55,505 nt of DNA from Proteobacteria bacterium UBA4457 (GCA_002390205.1 DGOV01000079.1:2563-58067); one strand, 5' to 3'; shown: positions 20,414 through 32,670, numbered from the stretch's first letter. Numbers and translations: made by a program. Notes: generated from the letters alone by a model not told the origin.

Positions 20414-21334
20414 CTAGATCCAGTCCTTAGGCTTAAGAAAGTACTCATGTAATTTCGCCTCGGCACTCCCCGGCTCAGGAATATAGTCATACTCCCATCG
20501 AACCAACGGAGGGAGTGACATTAGAATTGACTCAGCCCGCCCACCTGATTGCAATCCAAAAAGAGTCCCTCGGTCATAGACTAGATTAAATTCCACATAC
20601 CGTCCCCGTCGATAAAGCTGAAAATCCCGCTCCTTTGTTGAATATGGGAGGTCTTTCCGACGCGCTACAATAGGGAGGTACGCATCTAGGAAATTGGTGC
20701 CGACTCCTTGAATAAAATCTAAGCATTCTTCGAAAGACCATTGATTCAAATCATCGAAAAATAGCCCTCCGATGCCTCTCTGTTCATTTCGATGCTTAAG
20801 GTAAAAATACTCATCGCACCATTTTTTAAACTGGGGGTAGACGTCATCCCCATATTTGACACATGCCGCTCTCGCCAATTTATGCCAAGAGATCGTATCC
20901 TCTTCAAACCCATAATAAGGTGTTAAATCGAAACCACCGCCAAACCACCACACCGGTTCTTCGCCCTGCTTGTCTGCTCTTATAAATCGCAAGTTCGCAT
21001 GCGTAGTAGGGACATATGGATTTTTTGGATGTACCACTATAGATACACCCATAGCCTGAAAATTTCGACCCACTAACTCAGGTCGCTTTGCAGTAGCCGC
21101 AGGTGGTAAAGCATCGCCTCTAACGGCAGAAAAATTTACTCCGGCTTGCTCAAAAATTTCACCTTCAGTCAAAATTCTCGTGCTACCGGCGCCTAAGTCT
21201 CCACGTTCCCACTTATCTTCCACAAAAACTCCGGTCCCATCTAATGTTTCTAGGGACAGACAGACTTTATCCTGAAAGCCTATAAACCAGTTTTCTACTC
21301 TTTCGAGATCGTCAGCTCCTATGTATTTAGACAT
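20414..21334 (-). CDS. hemF: Oxygen-dependent coproporphyrinogen III oxidase
   Basis: [47 protein letters not shown]. Confidence 0.97.
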   Translation of the reverse strand: MSKYIGADDLERVENWFIGFQDKVCLSLETLDGTGVFVEDKWERGDLGAGSTRILTEGEIFEQAGVNFSAVRGDALPPAATAKRPELVGRNFQAMGVSIVVHPKNPYVPTTHANLRFIRADKQGEEPVWWFGGGFDLTPYYGFEEDTISWHKLARAACVKYGDDVYPQFKKWCDEYFYLKHRNEQRGIGGLFFDDLNQWSFEECLDFIQGVGTNFLDAYLPIVARRKDLPYSTKERDFQLYRRGRYVEFNLVYDRGTLFGLQSGGRAESILMSLPPLVRWEYDYIPEPGSAEAKLHEYFLKPKDWI

Positions 21335-21429
21335 TGCGTCATCTCACTTTTTCACTACTTTTACTTATCAAATGGAGCGCGACCTGTTAATGTACGCTCC
21401 ATAGTCAACCAATTCAGTATATCTAAAAA

Positions 21430-22026
21430 ATGACAAACAAACGCACAGCTAGTGTTGAGAGAAAAACTAACGAGACCGATATCAAAATCAGTATAGATAT
21501 CGACGGAGTTGGGAATGGGAAATTTCAAACAGGGATCCCTCTTCTCGAGCACATGCTCGACCAGATTTCACGACATGGCCTCATTGATTTGGATATCACC
21601 GCTATTGGAGATCTAGAAATCGATGGTCATCATACTGTAGAGGATGTGGGCATAACCTTAGGACAAGCCGTTAATAAAGCTCTAAGTGATAAAAAAGCAA
21701 TCACGAGATACGGCCATGCTTACGTTCCACTAGATGAAGCACTGTCGCGCGTCGTCATAGATTTGTCTGGCCGCCCTGGGTTAACCTACGAAGTTAAATT
21801 CCCCCGTGCCTTAATTGGTGATTTTGACGTTGACCTGTTCTTCGAGTTTTTTCAAGGGTTTGTTAACCACGCGAATTGCACAGTCCATATTGATAACATT
21901 AGAGGTAGAAATGCGCACCACATAATCGAAACAGTGTTCAAAGCCTTCGGACGCGCATTGCGGATGGCTGTTCAGTTAGATCCACGTATGGCAGGAAAAA
22001 TGCCTTCTACCAAGGGCATACTATAA
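21430..22026 (+). CDS. hisB: Imidazoleglycerol-phosphate dehydratase (monofunctional)
   Basis: [32 protein letters not shown]. Confidence 0.97.
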   Translation: MTNKRTASVERKTNETDIKISIDIDGVGNGKFQTGIPLLEHMLDQISRHGLIDLDITAIGDLEIDGHHTVEDVGITLGQAVNKALSDKKAITRYGHAYVPLDEALSRVVIDLSGRPGLTYEVKFPRALIGDFDVDLFFEFFQGFVNHANCTVHIDNIRGRNAHHIIETVFKAFGRALRMAVQLDPRMAGKMPSTKGIL

Positions 22027-22044
22027 GTATTGCTTAATTCCTCT

Positions 22045-22698
22045 ATGTCAAAAATTGCCATCATCGATTATGGAAGTAGTAATCTTCGCTCTGTATTCAA
22101 AGCGCTAGAAAAAGTCGCAGTCAGTCGGCAGAAAGTAGAGGTCACGAATGATCCTGCAGTCATCGCCGCTGCTGATCGTGTTATTTTCCCTGGACAAGGC
22201 GCTATCGCAAATTGCATGAGCCAGCTACAGAAACTTGATCTCACTGAAGCCGTAAAAGAGGCTATCGCCGAAAAACCTTTCCTAGGGATTTGCCTTGGTC
22301 TTCAGTCATTGATGCTAACCAGCGAAGAAAATGACAATACCTCGTGCCTAGGAATATACGATGGCATCGTAAAACGTTTCCATCATCAAGAAATCGACCG
22401 AAAAAGAACTATCCCGCAAAAAAAAATTCCACACATGGGGTGGAATCAAGTGCAATGGACTAGGCCTCACCCTTTGACATCAGGCATTCCCACGAGCAGT
22501 CGGTTTTACTTCGTGCATAGTTACTTTGTAGAAGTTCAAGACAAAGCATTAGTGGCAAGCAAAACCGAACACATCCTAGACTTCACTTCTGCCATTGCAA
22601 AAAACAATGTTTTCGCAACTCAATTCCATCCAGAAAAAAGTGCTGCATTTGGACTAACACTATTAAAGAACTTTGTAACTTGGAACGGGAGCTGCTAA
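22045..22698 (+). CDS. hisH: Imidazole glycerol phosphate synthase glutaminase subunit
   Basis: IIDYGSSNL, PGQG, GICLGLQ, PHMGWN, QFHPEKS; ATG 22045 preferred over 22030. Confidence 0.96.
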   Translation: MSKIAIIDYGSSNLRSVFKALEKVAVSRQKVEVTNDPAVIAAADRVIFPGQGAIANCMSQLQKLDLTEAVKEAIAEKPFLGICLGLQSLMLTSEENDNTSCLGIYDGIVKRFHHQEIDRKRTIPQKKIPHMGWNQVQWTRPHPLTSGIPTSSRFYFVHSYFVEVQDKALVASKTEHILDFTSAIAKNNVFATQFHPEKSAAFGLTLLKNFVTWNGSC

Positions 22699-23984
22699 CT
22701 CTTATTCTGTTCTCTTAGTACCGCTCGATAACCGATGTCTTTGCGGAAAAATTTTCCAGACCAATTTATATGACCCGCTCGAACGTAAGCTTGCTCCTGA
22801 GCCGCCTCAACAGAGGAGCCCAAGCCAACCACACACAAGACTCTACCTCCCGAAGTAACACATCCCACTTCGTTGAGTTTGGTCCCCGCATGAAAAACTT
22901 TTGTATTAGGTGTTTCGTTCTCTAATCCCGAAATAACGTCACCTTTCGAATAGTCAAAAGGGTAACCGCCTGCCGCCATAACTACACCTAAAGCAGCTCG
23001 AGAATCCCATTCTAATTCAACCTTGTTGGCATCACCTTGTAATACTTGAAGGCAAGACTCTACAAGGTCTGAGAGTAACCGGCACATGATTGGTTGTGTT
23101 TCGGGATCACCAAAACGACAATTAAATTCTAGTACCTTCGGCACTTTGTCAGCACCAATCATAAGACCGGCATATAAGAACCCTTTATAGGGACGACCAT
23201 CCTGCTGCATTCCTTTTAATGTAGGCAGGACAACAGTACGAATTATTTCTTGCTCCATCTCATCGTCAATAATCGGCGCCGGAGAATATGCCCCCATCCC
23301 TCCGGTATTGGGTCCTTTATCGCCTTCATCTCGAGCCTTATGATCTTGTGACGACGCGAAAGGGACAGCGGTAATGCCGTCCGTCATACAAATGAAACTG
23401 GCTTCTTCCCCTGTCAGAAATTCCTCTACAACGATTTTCGCGCCCGCATCTCCGAAAGCATTTTCCTCCAACATATCATGAGCAGCCTTAAGAGCCTGGT
23501 CTCTGGTGGTAGCCACCACTACTCCTTTGCCAGCGGCCAAGCCATCAGCCTTCACAACGACAGGAATAGGAACGCTATTTATGTAATCTACGGCACTATC
23601 TATATCAACAAACACTTCGTAGTCCCCAGATGGGATCCCATAGCGTTTTAAAAAATCCTTGGTGTAAGATTTAGAGGCTTCTAAAATCGCTGCCTGTTTC
23701 GTTGGCCCGAAACAAAGTAGGCCTGAGGCTTCAAAGGAATCTACAACCCCAGCCGCCAAGGGCGCCTCAGGACCAACGATAGTAAGGTCTATCTTTTCGG
23801 TCTGCGCAAAATCCACGAGCAAACTAGTTTCATCTGCTTCAATTGCAACATTCTTTACCAGCTTTTCATAACCAGTCCCAGGATTGCCGGGAGCACAAAA
23901 AACGACCTCTACTAACGGTGATTGCGCGCACTTCCATGACAGGGCATGCTCTCTTCCGCCGCCGCCGATAATCAATACTTTCAT
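22695..23984 (-). CDS. purD: Phosphoribosylamine--glycine ligase
   Basis: GGGGREHAL, KADGLAAGKGV, GPNTGGMGAYSP, EFNCRFGDPE. Confidence 0.98.
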   Translation of the reverse strand: MKVLIIGGGGREHALSWKCAQSPLVEVVFCAPGNPGTGYEKLVKNVAIEADETSLLVDFAQTEKIDLTIVGPEAPLAAGVVDSFEASGLLCFGPTKQAAILEASKSYTKDFLKRYGIPSGDYEVFVDIDSAVDYINSVPIPVVVKADGLAAGKGVVVATTRDQALKAAHDMLEENAFGDAGAKIVVEEFLTGEEASFICMTDGITAVPFASSQDHKARDEGDKGPNTGGMGAYSPAPIIDDEMEQEIIRTVVLPTLKGMQQDGRPYKGFLYAGLMIGADKVPKVLEFNCRFGDPETQPIMCRLLSDLVESCLQVLQGDANKVELEWDSRAALGVVMAAGGYPFDYSKGDVISGLENETPNTKVFHAGTKLNEVGCVTSGGRVLCVVGLGSSVEAAQEQAYVRAGHINWSGKFFRKDIGYRAVLREQNKS

Positions 23985-24011
23985 GTCTTATATTCCAATA
24001 GTGTGTATTTT

Positions 24012-25583
24012 CTAATGACGAAAATGCCTCTCTCCAGTAAAAACCATTGCAATACCGTGCTCATCAGCGGCCTCAATAATCTCGTTATCCCGTATTGAGC
24101 CGCCAGGCTGAATGATAGACAGAATGCCATTCTCCGCTGCGGCATCGATACCATCTCTAAATGGGAAAAATGCATCGGACGCCATGACTGCACCAACAAT
24201 ATTCAGCCCTTCATCTTTGGCTTTTATTGCAGCGATCCGTGCACTATAAACTCGACTCATCTGTCCCGCACCAATACCTAGTGTTTGCCTGTCCCGCGCA
24301 TAGATAATTGCATTTGATTTTACGCTAGCCACTACTTTCCAGGCAAAAAGAAGGTCTTTGACTTCCAATGGAGTAGGCGCTCTTTGAGTAACTAACTTCA
24401 ATCCCGATTCAGTCATTAGTTGGGCACGATAGTCTCTTTCTTGGACAAGCAAGCCACCCATCACTCGCTTGTACTCTATTTGGTTGAATGGTTCTTCGGA
24501 CCAAAATCCTGTCTCTAAAACTCGAATATTTTCTTTTGCTTTGAATACGTCACGTGCATCAGCTGAAATTTCAGGTGCAATGATGACTTCTACAAATTGT
24601 CGCTCAACAATAGTTCTTGCCAAGTCTGCATCAACCACTCGATTAAAGGCTAAAATACCTCCAAATGCTGATGTCGGATCTGTCGCAAATGCTAAATCAT
24701 AGGCTACTGACAAACTACCAGCCTCAGCAACACCGCAAGGGTTCGCATGTTTAACGATACAACACGCCGGCTCTGTAAATGTCCGTACTGCATCTAGCGC
24801 TGCGTCAGTATCTGCGATATTGTTGTAAGAAAGCTTCTTACCCTGGAGTTGAGCTGCACCAACAACCGTTCCATTCGTTAGATCTTCTTCGCCATAGAAA
24901 GCTGCTGTCTGATGAGGGTTTTCCCCATATCGTAAAACCTGCTTCCGCGTCAAACTAAGTGTTAGCTTTTGCGGAAATTTTTCTTGCGCAGAGGTGTTTG
25001 CGCCAGACAAATATTCGGCGATTGCACTATCGTACTGAGCCGTATGGTTATAAACCTTAGCAGCCAACTTATAGCGATATTCTTCCGTCACGCCACCATT
25101 ATTCTCAAGTTGTTGCGCAACCTCAAAATAGTCTTTGGGGTCACAGACAACAGTGACCGATTGGTGGTTTTTTGCAGCGGCGCGCAACATCGTAGGCCCG
25201 CCAATATCAATGTTCTCAATAGCATCCGCAAGAGAGCAGTCTGCTCTGGCAACTGTCGATTCGAAAGGGTATAAGTTCACCACTACCAGATCAATTGGTT
25301 CTATTTGATGATCACGCATAGCATCCTCATCAACCCCTCTTCTTCCTAAAATTCCACCATGGATTATCGGATGCAGTGTTTTTAAACGCCCTTCCATTAA
25401 TTCAGGAAAACCGGTTCTTTCTGACACATCCGTAACGGCTATGCCAGCATTTCTCAGCGCGGTAGCTGTGCCCCCAGTTGATAGAATACCCATTCCGCAA
25501 TCAACTAAAATTCGTGCAAATCCTTCAATCCCTGTTTTGTCAGAAACACTGATCAACGCCCAATTCCGATTAGTCTTACTCAT
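24012..25583 (-). CDS. purH: AICAR transformylase / IMP cyclohydrolase
   Basis: [48 protein letters not shown]. Confidence 0.98.
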   Translation of the reverse strand: MSKTNRNWALISVSDKTGIEGFARILVDCGMGILSTGGTATALRNAGIAVTDVSERTGFPELMEGRLKTLHPIIHGGILGRRGVDEDAMRDHQIEPIDLVVVNLYPFESTVARADCSLADAIENIDIGGPTMLRAAAKNHQSVTVVCDPKDYFEVAQQLENNGGVTEEYRYKLAAKVYNHTAQYDSAIAEYLSGANTSAQEKFPQKLTLSLTRKQVLRYGENPHQTAAFYGEEDLTNGTVVGAAQLQGKKLSYNNIADTDAALDAVRTFTEPACCIVKHANPCGVAEAGSLSVAYDLAFATDPTSAFGGILAFNRVVDADLARTIVERQFVEVIIAPEISADARDVFKAKENIRVLETGFWSEEPFNQIEYKRVMGGLLVQERDYRAQLMTESGLKLVTQRAPTPLEVKDLLFAWKVVASVKSNAIIYARDRQTLGIGAGQMSRVYSARIAAIKAKDEGLNIVGAVMASDAFFPFRDGIDAAAENGILSIIQPGGSIRDNEIIEAADEHGIAMVFTGERHFRH

Positions 25584-25828
25584 TTATTTTTCAAACCATA
25601 TTTTTGGAGACGCGTTCTCAGCGTTCCTCTATTTATACCTAATGTCTTTGCTGCCAGGGACAAATTACCTTTTGATTCTCGCAGAACTATTTCAAGTAAC
25701 GGCTTTTCCACCTCAACCAACACCATTTCATATAAATCGACAGGGGGTTCACCGTTTAAGTCTTTGAAATATTGATCTAATGCCGTCGTAACCATCTCTC
25801 GGAACGGTATTGGAGAGGTCTCTGTCAC
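25580..25828 (-). CDS. fis: Nucleoid protein / regulator Fis
   Basis: [14 protein letters not shown]...GN...[19 protein letters not shown] at 25828 overlaps the dusB stop (GTGA) with GGAGG upstream. Confidence 0.92.
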   Translation of the reverse strand: MTETSPIPFREMVTTALDQYFKDLNGEPPVDLYEMVLVEVEKPLLEIVLRESKGNLSLAAKTLGINRGTLRTRLQKYGLKNK

Positions 25829-26802
25829 GCTGCGACCTCCGCACATACATGATTAAAAATACTGTCCAAAAAAACCTGCTGTTCGGCAACATCCAGAATT
25901 GCGTTAAACATCTTCCGTAAAATAGGCGCATTAGGAAAGCAATCTAAGTACCACCCGATATGCTTTCGCGCCATTAGCAAACCTTTTTGCTCCCCATAAT
26001 GTTCATGGATCCCCTGAAGATGATCGCTCATTACCACAGCGCGCTCCTCAAGAGTGGGTGCAACCCAGGGACGGTCGTTAATACATGCTTTTACCGACGC
26101 AAACAACCAAGGATTTCCTCTGGCAGCTCTGCCGATCATAAGGCCATCTATACCAAAATTATCGAACAAATTTTTCGCATCGGCTCCTGACGTAATGTCT
26201 CCATTTGCAACCACAGGTATGAAAACAGCTTGTTTTATAGTAGCAGCCGTCTCGTGCTCAGCGGTTCCGTTGAACTTACAGGCACGTGTTCTGCCATGAA
26301 CCACGAGACCTGTTATGCCTTCAGACTCAGCTATACGCGCAATATCAACGGCATTTTTATTTTCTAAGCTCCATCCAGTCCGGATTTTCAACGTTACAGG
26401 AACTTGAACAGAGTTCACCACTCGTGCAAGGATTGAGCTCACTTTCTTAGTGTCTCTCATCAATGCGGATCCAGCAGCTTTTCCGCAAACTTTCTTGGCC
26501 GGACAACCCATATTAATATCAATTACGTCCGCACCGTTATCTTGCGCAATGCAAGCAGCCTTAGCCATCACTTCAGGATCGGAACCAACCAGTTGAATCA
26601 CTCGAGGAGAAGCCTCGCCATCCATATTTAGCCTGGCACGTGTATTAGGCCGATCCCATAGTTCTAATTTAGAAGCCACCATCTCAGAAACAGCGTAATC
26701 TGCACCTAGTTTACGACAGATTTTTCGAAATGGCTTATCAGTAATACCTGCCATTGGCGCTAAAGCAATAGCATTTTTTAAATGTGACTTAATAATTTTC
26801 AT
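25825..26802 (-). CDS. dusB: tRNA dihydrouridine synthase DusB
   Basis: LAPMAGITD, DINMGCP, KIRTGW, HGRTR, NGDI; upstream of fis. ATG 26802 likely (ORF track 26844). Confidence 0.95.
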   Translation of the reverse strand: MKIIKSHLKNAIALAPMAGITDKPFRKICRKLGADYAVSEMVASKLELWDRPNTRARLNMDGEASPRVIQLVGSDPEVMAKAACIAQDNGADVIDINMGCPAKKVCGKAAGSALMRDTKKVSSILARVVNSVQVPVTLKIRTGWSLENKNAVDIARIAESEGITGLVVHGRTRACKFNGTAEHETAATIKQAVFIPVVANGDITSGADAKNLFDNFGIDGLMIGRAARGNPWLFASVKACINDRPWVAPTLEERAVVMSDHLQGIHEHYGEQKGLLMARKHIGWYLDCFPNAPILRKMFNAILDVAEQQVFLDSIFNHVCAEVAA

Positions 26803-26972
26803 TGTTACTAAACAGGAACCCAACTTTTTAAACATCAATACCATTTACGTAATCCACAACAGATCCCGCTGACTCGATCAATCACGATGATAGCCATAAA
26901 ACAGTCTGCCTGAAAGTAGGAATAGCACCATTAATGTATTTTTAATAGTCAAGAAGACAATGTCCTAAGCCA

Positions 26973-27839
26973 TCATTTCCTTACTCCTGCTAAAAGGGCC
27001 CAACCATTTTGTTCAGAGCATGATGATAATCGAAAGTTATTTGAGTACACCTCCTTTATTACCTCTACCTGCGTTCGTAGTAATCCTGACAAAACAATCT
27101 CACCACCAGGTTTAATTAATTCCGCAAAAGAACTTTCTAGTTCGATTAGAGGCTGCATTAAAATATTGGCAATAAGTAAGTCGGCACCACTAGGGATATG
27201 GACGGCATCGCTTACGCAAAATACTCTATCTTGTAGTTTGTTGTCGCAAATATTGCTACTAGAGACAGACAGAGCTAACGGGTCAATATCGATCGCAGTC
27301 ACAATCTGAGCACCAAAAAGCGCCGCCGCCATGCTTAAAATACCTGAGCCACAACCATAGTCGACAACGGTGAGATTCGAGAGGGAGACATGGCTCCCAA
27401 GCCAATTTAGGCATAATGCGGTAGTCTCATGAGTACCCGTGCCAAAGGCTTGTCCGGGATCAATAGTAAGGAGGTGTCGAACGTCGGCAGGAGCCTCCAA
27501 CCAGCTTGGACAAACACAGAGCCCACCAGAAAACCTCATAGGAACCCACGAAGACTTCCAACGGTCAAGCCAGCCACAGTCTGTGACCTTTGTTTCAACG
27601 ATATTAGTAAGGCCTTTCAATTTTCGTAATTCAGTTACCGCCAGTGCAGAGGAATCGACCGATTCAAAAAGGGCTCTTACGACACTATTTGTCCAAGACT
27701 TGATATTAGAAATTCCTGGCTCGTCAAACATTTCACAATCGCCATCAGACTGGGTGATGGAGACGGCCCCAAGTCCCAACAAAGTTGGTTCTATCAGCCC
27801 ATAGGCATCAGTCTCTAGTTCGAAACTGATTTCATACAC
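26973..27839 (-). CDS. prmA: Ribosomal protein L11 methyltransferase
   Basis: DPGQAFGTGTHETT, DYGCGSGIL, DIDP, ANIL, SGLL. Confidence 0.96.
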   Translation of the reverse strand: MYEISFELETDAYGLIEPTLLGLGAVSITQSDGDCEMFDEPGISNIKSWTNSVVRALFESVDSSALAVTELRKLKGLTNIVETKVTDCGWLDRWKSSWVPMRFSGGLCVCPSWLEAPADVRHLLTIDPGQAFGTGTHETTALCLNWLGSHVSLSNLTVVDYGCGSGILSMAAALFGAQIVTAIDIDPLALSVSSSNICDNKLQDRVFCVSDAVHIPSGADLLIANILMQPLIELESSFAELIKPGGEIVLSGLLRTQVEVIKEVYSNNFRLSSCSEQNGWALLAGVRK

Positions 27840-27844
27840 TTTTA

Positions 27845-29188
27845 TTAACCCTTATCAAGAAGTCTTTCTAAGTAGTGGATGTCAGTTCCACCCTTTCGGA
27901 AATCCTCATTCGAAAGTAGATCTTGATGGAGAGGTATGTTTGTTTTTATCCCCTCAAAAACAAATTCCCTCAGAGCGTTCTGAGTTCTAGCTATTGTTTC
28001 AAGTCGATCGTCGCCATAGCAGATTAGTTTCCCGATTAGAGAATCATAGTTTGGTGGGACGGCATAGCCAGAATAAATATGTGAGTCAACCCGAACTCCT
28101 CGCCCTCCTGCTGCATGATAAGATTGAATCTTGCCTGGAGAAGGAAGGAAAGTATAAGGATCCTCTGCATTTATCCTGCACTCAATAGCGTGTCCCACTA
28201 ACGTGATATCCTTCTGCTCATATGCTAGGGCCTGACCCGCGGCAATCAAAAGCTGCTGTTTTACTAAATCGATGCCCGTAACCATTTCTGTTACAGGATG
28301 TTCGACCTGTATTCGCGTATTCATTTCAATAAAATAAAAATTGCCGTGTTCGTAGAGAAACTCAAAGGTGCCCGCTCCTCTGTAGTCAATACGTTTACAG
28401 GCCTCAGCGCAAAGAGCGCCTAATTCGTTCCGCATTTCTACAGATATTCCTGGGGCTGGCGCCTCTTCTATTATTTTCTGGTTCCGGCGCTGCATCGAGC
28501 AATCTCTTTCTCCTAAATGGATGGCATTGCTAAAATTATCCGCAAGAACTTGGATCTCAATATGACGAGGATGCTCTAAATACTTTTCTAAGTAGACACT
28601 ATCATTATTAAAAGCAGCACTAGCCTCTGCACGCGTGAGAGCAATAGACTCCAAAAGCGACTTTTCTTCAAACACAGGACGCATGCCTCTGCCACCACCA
28701 CCACCGGAAGCCTTAATCATTATTGGATACCCTATCTCTCTTCCTATCGCTAGATTTGCATCCGGATCATCGCCCAGCGCACACCCTGAGCCAGGGACAC
28801 AAGGGACACCCGCCTCCTTCATTGCTTCAATCGCTGATAGCTTGTCGCCCATAATTCTCATTGTCTCAGCTTTCGGCCCAATGAAGACAAAGCCACTGCG
28901 CTCCACTTGCTCCGCGAAGTCAGCATCTTCAGATAAAAACCCATAACCCGGATGAATGGCATCAACATCAGCTAATTCAGCTGCTGCAATAACACCAGGT
29001 GCATTCAAGTAGCTCAAATTAGGCGCCGCTGGGCCAATACAAACAGACTCGTCTGCCAAACGGACGTGCTGCAGATCTCGATCCACGTCCGAATGAACCG
29101 CCACAGTTTTAATACCTAATTCACTGCATGCCCTAAGGATTCTGAGCGCGATCTCTCCACGATTAGCAATTAATACTTTGTTAAACAT
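27845..29188 (-). CDS. accC: Acetyl-CoA carboxylase biotin carboxylase
   Basis: [38 protein letters not shown]. Confidence 0.98.
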   Translation of the reverse strand: MFNKVLIANRGEIALRILRACSELGIKTVAVHSDVDRDLQHVRLADESVCIGPAAPNLSYLNAPGVIAAAELADVDAIHPGYGFLSEDADFAEQVERSGFVFIGPKAETMRIMGDKLSAIEAMKEAGVPCVPGSGCALGDDPDANLAIGREIGYPIMIKASGGGGGRGMRPVFEEKSLLESIALTRAEASAAFNNDSVYLEKYLEHPRHIEIQVLADNFSNAIHLGERDCSMQRRNQKIIEEAPAPGISVEMRNELGALCAEACKRIDYRGAGTFEFLYEHGNFYFIEMNTRIQVEHPVTEMVTGIDLVKQQLLIAAGQALAYEQKDITLVGHAIECRINAEDPYTFLPSPGKIQSYHAAGGRGVRVDSHIYSGYAVPPNYDSLIGKLICYGDDRLETIARTQNALREFVFEGIKTNIPLHQDLLSNEDFRKGGTDIHYLERLLDKG

Positions 29189-29203
29189 TCGTTAAAATAC
29201 CGT

Positions 29204-29644
29204 TTAAGAAATCAAAAATAATGGTTGTCCGTATTCAACAGGAGAACCGTTCTGGGCGATAATAGCGACAACTGTGCCAGCTACTTCAGCCTCTATCGGG
29301 TTCATTATCTTCATCGCTTCAATAATACAAAGAGTGTCCCCAATATTAATAGTCTGGCCAACAGCAACGAATGGCCCTGATTCAGGAGACGCCGCAGCGT
29401 AAAAAGTACCAACCATCGGGGAGGTGATATGGTTTGAAGACTCAGTGGGTAACGATTGAGGCGATACCTGAGCATTAACCGCAGGTGCTGCAGCCATCGG
29501 GGGAGGCGCTAAGACAGCTGTCTGAACATTAGCTGTTTGACCTCTGCTGATCCTAACAGACTCTTCACCTTCATGAATCTCAATCTCTGCTATTCCCGAT
29601 TCCTCGAGCAACTCTATTAACTTTTTTACTTTTCTAATATCCAC
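29204..29644 (-). CDS. accB: Biotin carboxyl carrier protein
   Basis: DIRKVKKLIEL N-terminus, SPMVGTFY, EAMK biotinylation site; GTG 29644 with GAGGA SD. Confidence 0.96.
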   Translation of the reverse strand: MDIRKVKKLIELLEESGIAEIEIHEGEESVRISRGQTANVQTAVLAPPPMAAAPAVNAQVSPQSLPTESSNHITSPMVGTFYAAASPESGPFVAVGQTINIGDTLCIIEAMKIMNPIEAEVAGTVVAIIAQNGSPVEYGQPLFLIS

Positions 29645-29702
29645 TTGATCCTCGCTATAACTCAACTCAAAATATTTACGTATATAAAACTATCCACTCG
29701 CT

Positions 29703-30140
29703 CTAACTGAGCTGCTCAGCAGCCGCTTGCAGCGCTAGTTCGTATCCATGAGCACCGAAACCAGAAATGACACCAACAGCGATATCAGAAAGATAAGACT
29801 GGTGGCGAAAAGATTCACGCGAAAAAATATTAGATAAATGCACTTCTATGAACGGGATTTCTGTTCCTAAAAATGCATCTCTTATCGCAACACTTGTGTG
29901 CGTATAAGCCCCAGGGTTAATGACAATAAAATCAACACCATCTAACTTAGCCTGATGCACACGGTTAACTAATTCACCTTCAATGTTACTTTGGTAAGTT
30001 GTTAGGGCTAAGCTCAACCTACTAGCTTTATCTGCCATAAGATCATTCAGGTCGCTAAGTGACAACTGCCCATATACCTCAGGCTCTCTTTGCCCCAGTA
30101 GATTTAAATTCGGTCCATTTAAAAACAGCACCCTATGCAA
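29703..30140 (-). CDS. aroQ: Type II 3-dehydroquinate dehydratase
   Basis: [32 protein letters not shown]. Confidence 0.97.
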   Translation of the reverse strand: MHRVLFLNGPNLNLLGQREPEVYGQLSLSDLNDLMADKASRLSLALTTYQSNIEGELVNRVHQAKLDGVDFIVINPGAYTHTSVAIRDAFLGTEIPFIEVHLSNIFSRESFRHQSYLSDIAVGVISGFGAHGYELALQAAAEQLS

Positions 30141-30232
30141 AAAAAACTCCCTCTACAATCTCGTCTTGAAAGTGGCATATATTAGCATACTCCACTGATT
30201 TTGAAAAACACGTTTATAGAATATAGACTAAG

Positions 30233-30799
30233 TTAGCGACTTATTTGCAGATTTTCCATTATTTTCACCAGTTCTTTTTCTGCATCAAGCTGTTCCCACT
30301 CACCCATATGACTGTAAAGCAACCCGCCATCTCGAGACAAGACCACTGTAAACGGAAGCGCGCCTATCTCGTTCCCTAAAACTTCCATGAAACGCACGAC
30401 ATCGGCATCGCCAATGAGCAATGGGTAGTTGACGTCTGTTGTTTCTTTAAATTCTCGCACAGCGACCTCAGAGTCTAATGCAACGCCAATAAATTGTAGG
30501 CCATTTTTCCTATACTTCTCCTGAAGCATGGTAAATAGCGGGATCTCTCTCAAGCAAGGAGGGCACCAAGTAGCCCAAAAGTTAATAACTACAACATCGT
30601 TTACCCATGATAACAGCGGCCTCTTATCTCCCTTCAGATCTTGAAATTCCCACTCTAAGATCTGGCGCTCTTCTCGAGAAGACGTCTGGATTTCCTCTCG
30701 GTCATCTCTGCTTGGAAGCTGATCTGACGATATAAGATAACCGGCAAGGCCAAACAGACCTGCTAAAAATCCTAGCAAAAGATAGTGCTTAATTCTCAC
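30233..30799 (-). CDS. TlpA/ResA-family membrane-anchored thioredoxin
   Basis: N-terminal TM, INFWATWCPPC, ALPFTV. Confidence 0.9.
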   Translation of the reverse strand: MRIKHYLLLGFLAGLFGLAGYLISSDQLPSRDDREEIQTSSREERQILEWEFQDLKGDKRPLLSWVNDVVVINFWATWCPPCLREIPLFTMLQEKYRKNGLQFIGVALDSEVAVREFKETTDVNYPLLIGDADVVRFMEVLGNEIGALPFTVVLSRDGGLLYSHMGEWEQLDAEKELVKIMENLQISR

Positions 30800-32603
30800 T
30801 TCTCTCCACCTGTTTTATAGTTTTTAAAAATTCATTAGCATCTACGAAGCCTATTATCCTTGATTCACTTACCTCTTTACCATCTTTAAAGAAGAGCACT
30901 GCCGGAGGTCCATACAACGTAAATTGAGACAAAAATTCCCTATCCATCTGATTGTTGTCTGTCACGTCAAATCTCAATAGTTGATTTTCGTTCAACCAAG
31001 TGCGCACCAGCGGCTGCTCAAATGTTTTCTTTTCTAAGTGCCGACACTCCACACACCAATCGGCATAGACATCCAAAATCACAATTTGATCGGTGTCAAC
31101 TGAAGCATCAATAGCCGCTTGTAATTGAGTTAGTTCGGAAACAGACAGATAACGCACCTGATTTCGCTCGCTCTCCACAAGGTCTGATGAAGAAGTGAGG
31201 CTAGGCGATCCGTTCAAGTAAAAATAAAGGCTAAATCCGCAAATCATTACGTAACACGACATCACCAGCCATTTAAGTTGTGGACGGCGAGAAATTAAAC
31301 GAGTTTTATGAATTATCAATCCAAACCATATCAGAAATGCCAACAGCAACAAAAACCACAAAGAAAATAGTATGCTGGGGTGGGCAACTCTTTCTAAAAA
31401 TACTATAGCCACAGATACAAAAATAAAACCAAAAAGCTGATTTATTCGCTCCATCCACCCACCCACTCTTGGCAGTATATAGCCGGCCGAGGCTCCTATG
31501 GCAATAAGTGGCACACCCATCCCAAGCCCCATCACAAAGAGAACAGCCCCACCCGTGATTGGTGACCCTGTTTGGCTAATAAAAGTCATTGCTGCAGCTA
31601 ACGGCGGTGCCAAACACGGTCCTGCGATTAATGCGGAGATCAATCCCATCATGAAAACTCCAAAGTAAGTCCCTGAAGTCTGTTTCCGACTTGCCGCGTC
31701 AAGCCGACGACTAATAAAAGAAGGGACTTGCAGTCTAAACAGCCCAAACATGGAGCATGCCAGAATAACGAACACTAACGAAAAGAGAATCACAACCAAA
31801 GGCTTTTGAAAAGATAAATGAAAGCTGTACCCTAAAAATCCTGCAGCCACCCCGATGAGAGAATACATCGATGCCATACCCAAAACGTAAAAAATGGACA
31901 AAGGTAAGGCCTTACTGTCTTCACCCGAGTGCGTCCGCCCAACTATAATACCCGACAAAATAGGAATCATAGGCAAAACACAGGGGGTAAAAGACAACAA
32001 TAGGCCAAACACAAAAAAAGCAAACAAAACATAAAAAAATGATTTCTGATGTAGTTGCGTCACAATTCTCTGCGTTATTGAAGAGCTCTTCTCCATTTGA
32101 GCGACACTATTGCTGCTAGTTTTCAATAAAACCATTCTCTTTGTAGGAGGGTAGCAAATCCCATTTTCAGCGCATCCCTGATAAGAAATTTCCGCCTCAA
32201 AAGTATCTTCGGGAGAGGAATTAGAAAAAGTTGGACTAAAAGCTAAGCTTTTGCGATAAATTTCAGATTCACCGAAAAATTCATCTTCCTTTAATTCGCC
32301 TAAAGGGAGCTGAAGGCTTAAAAGTTCTATTTTTTTATTTAATGGATTTACACCGATTTTTTGTTTGTATATGTAGTATCCAGGTGCAATTTCAAAGTGT
32401 AGCGATGAGGCCTGGCTGTTAGACTGTTTAACTATCAATCCAAAAGCCTTCTCCGGAGGCAAAAACTTACGCACAGACTTTTTTTCCTCTTGAAACGGCA
32501 GTTTTAATTCCGCTGCAAAAGACACATTGACCAAACTAACTAATACCAACCCCACAATTGTATTTAGTAGGACAGAAAATAAATTCGATTTTTTAGCTTG
32601 CAT
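30789..32603 (-). CDS. dsbD: Thiol:disulfide interchange protein DsbD
   Basis: QGCAENGICYPP, FTPCVLPMIP, GPCLAPP, C-terminal WCVEC. ORF track start 32741 overlaps fxsA, so ATG 32603 is preferred. Confidence 0.94.
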   Translation of the reverse strand: MQAKKSNLFSVLLNTIVGLVLVSLVNVSFAAELKLPFQEEKKSVRKFLPPEKAFGLIVKQSNSQASSLHFEIAPGYYIYKQKIGVNPLNKKIELLSLQLPLGELKEDEFFGESEIYRKSLAFSPTFSNSSPEDTFEAEISYQGCAENGICYPPTKRMVLLKTSSNSVAQMEKSSSITQRIVTQLHQKSFFYVLFAFFVFGLLLSFTPCVLPMIPILSGIIVGRTHSGEDSKALPLSIFYVLGMASMYSLIGVAAGFLGYSFHLSFQKPLVVILFSLVFVILACSMFGLFRLQVPSFISRRLDAASRKQTSGTYFGVFMMGLISALIAGPCLAPPLAAAMTFISQTGSPITGGAVLFVMGLGMGVPLIAIGASAGYILPRVGGWMERINQLFGFIFVSVAIVFLERVAHPSILFSLWFLLLLAFLIWFGLIIHKTRLISRRPQLKWLVMSCYVMICGFSLYFYLNGSPSLTSSSDLVESERNQVRYLSVSELTQLQAAIDASVDTDQIVILDVYADWCVECRHLEKKTFEQPLVRTWLNENQLLRFDVTDNNQMDREFLSQFTLYGPPAVLFFKDGKEVSESRIIGFVDANEFLKTIKQVERSEN

Positions 32604-32670
32604 ATGCTTCGTATTTCTAAAAGAAAAGGAGATAGTATAGGTGTCTAGTAAATTTAGCAGAAAACTTTTC

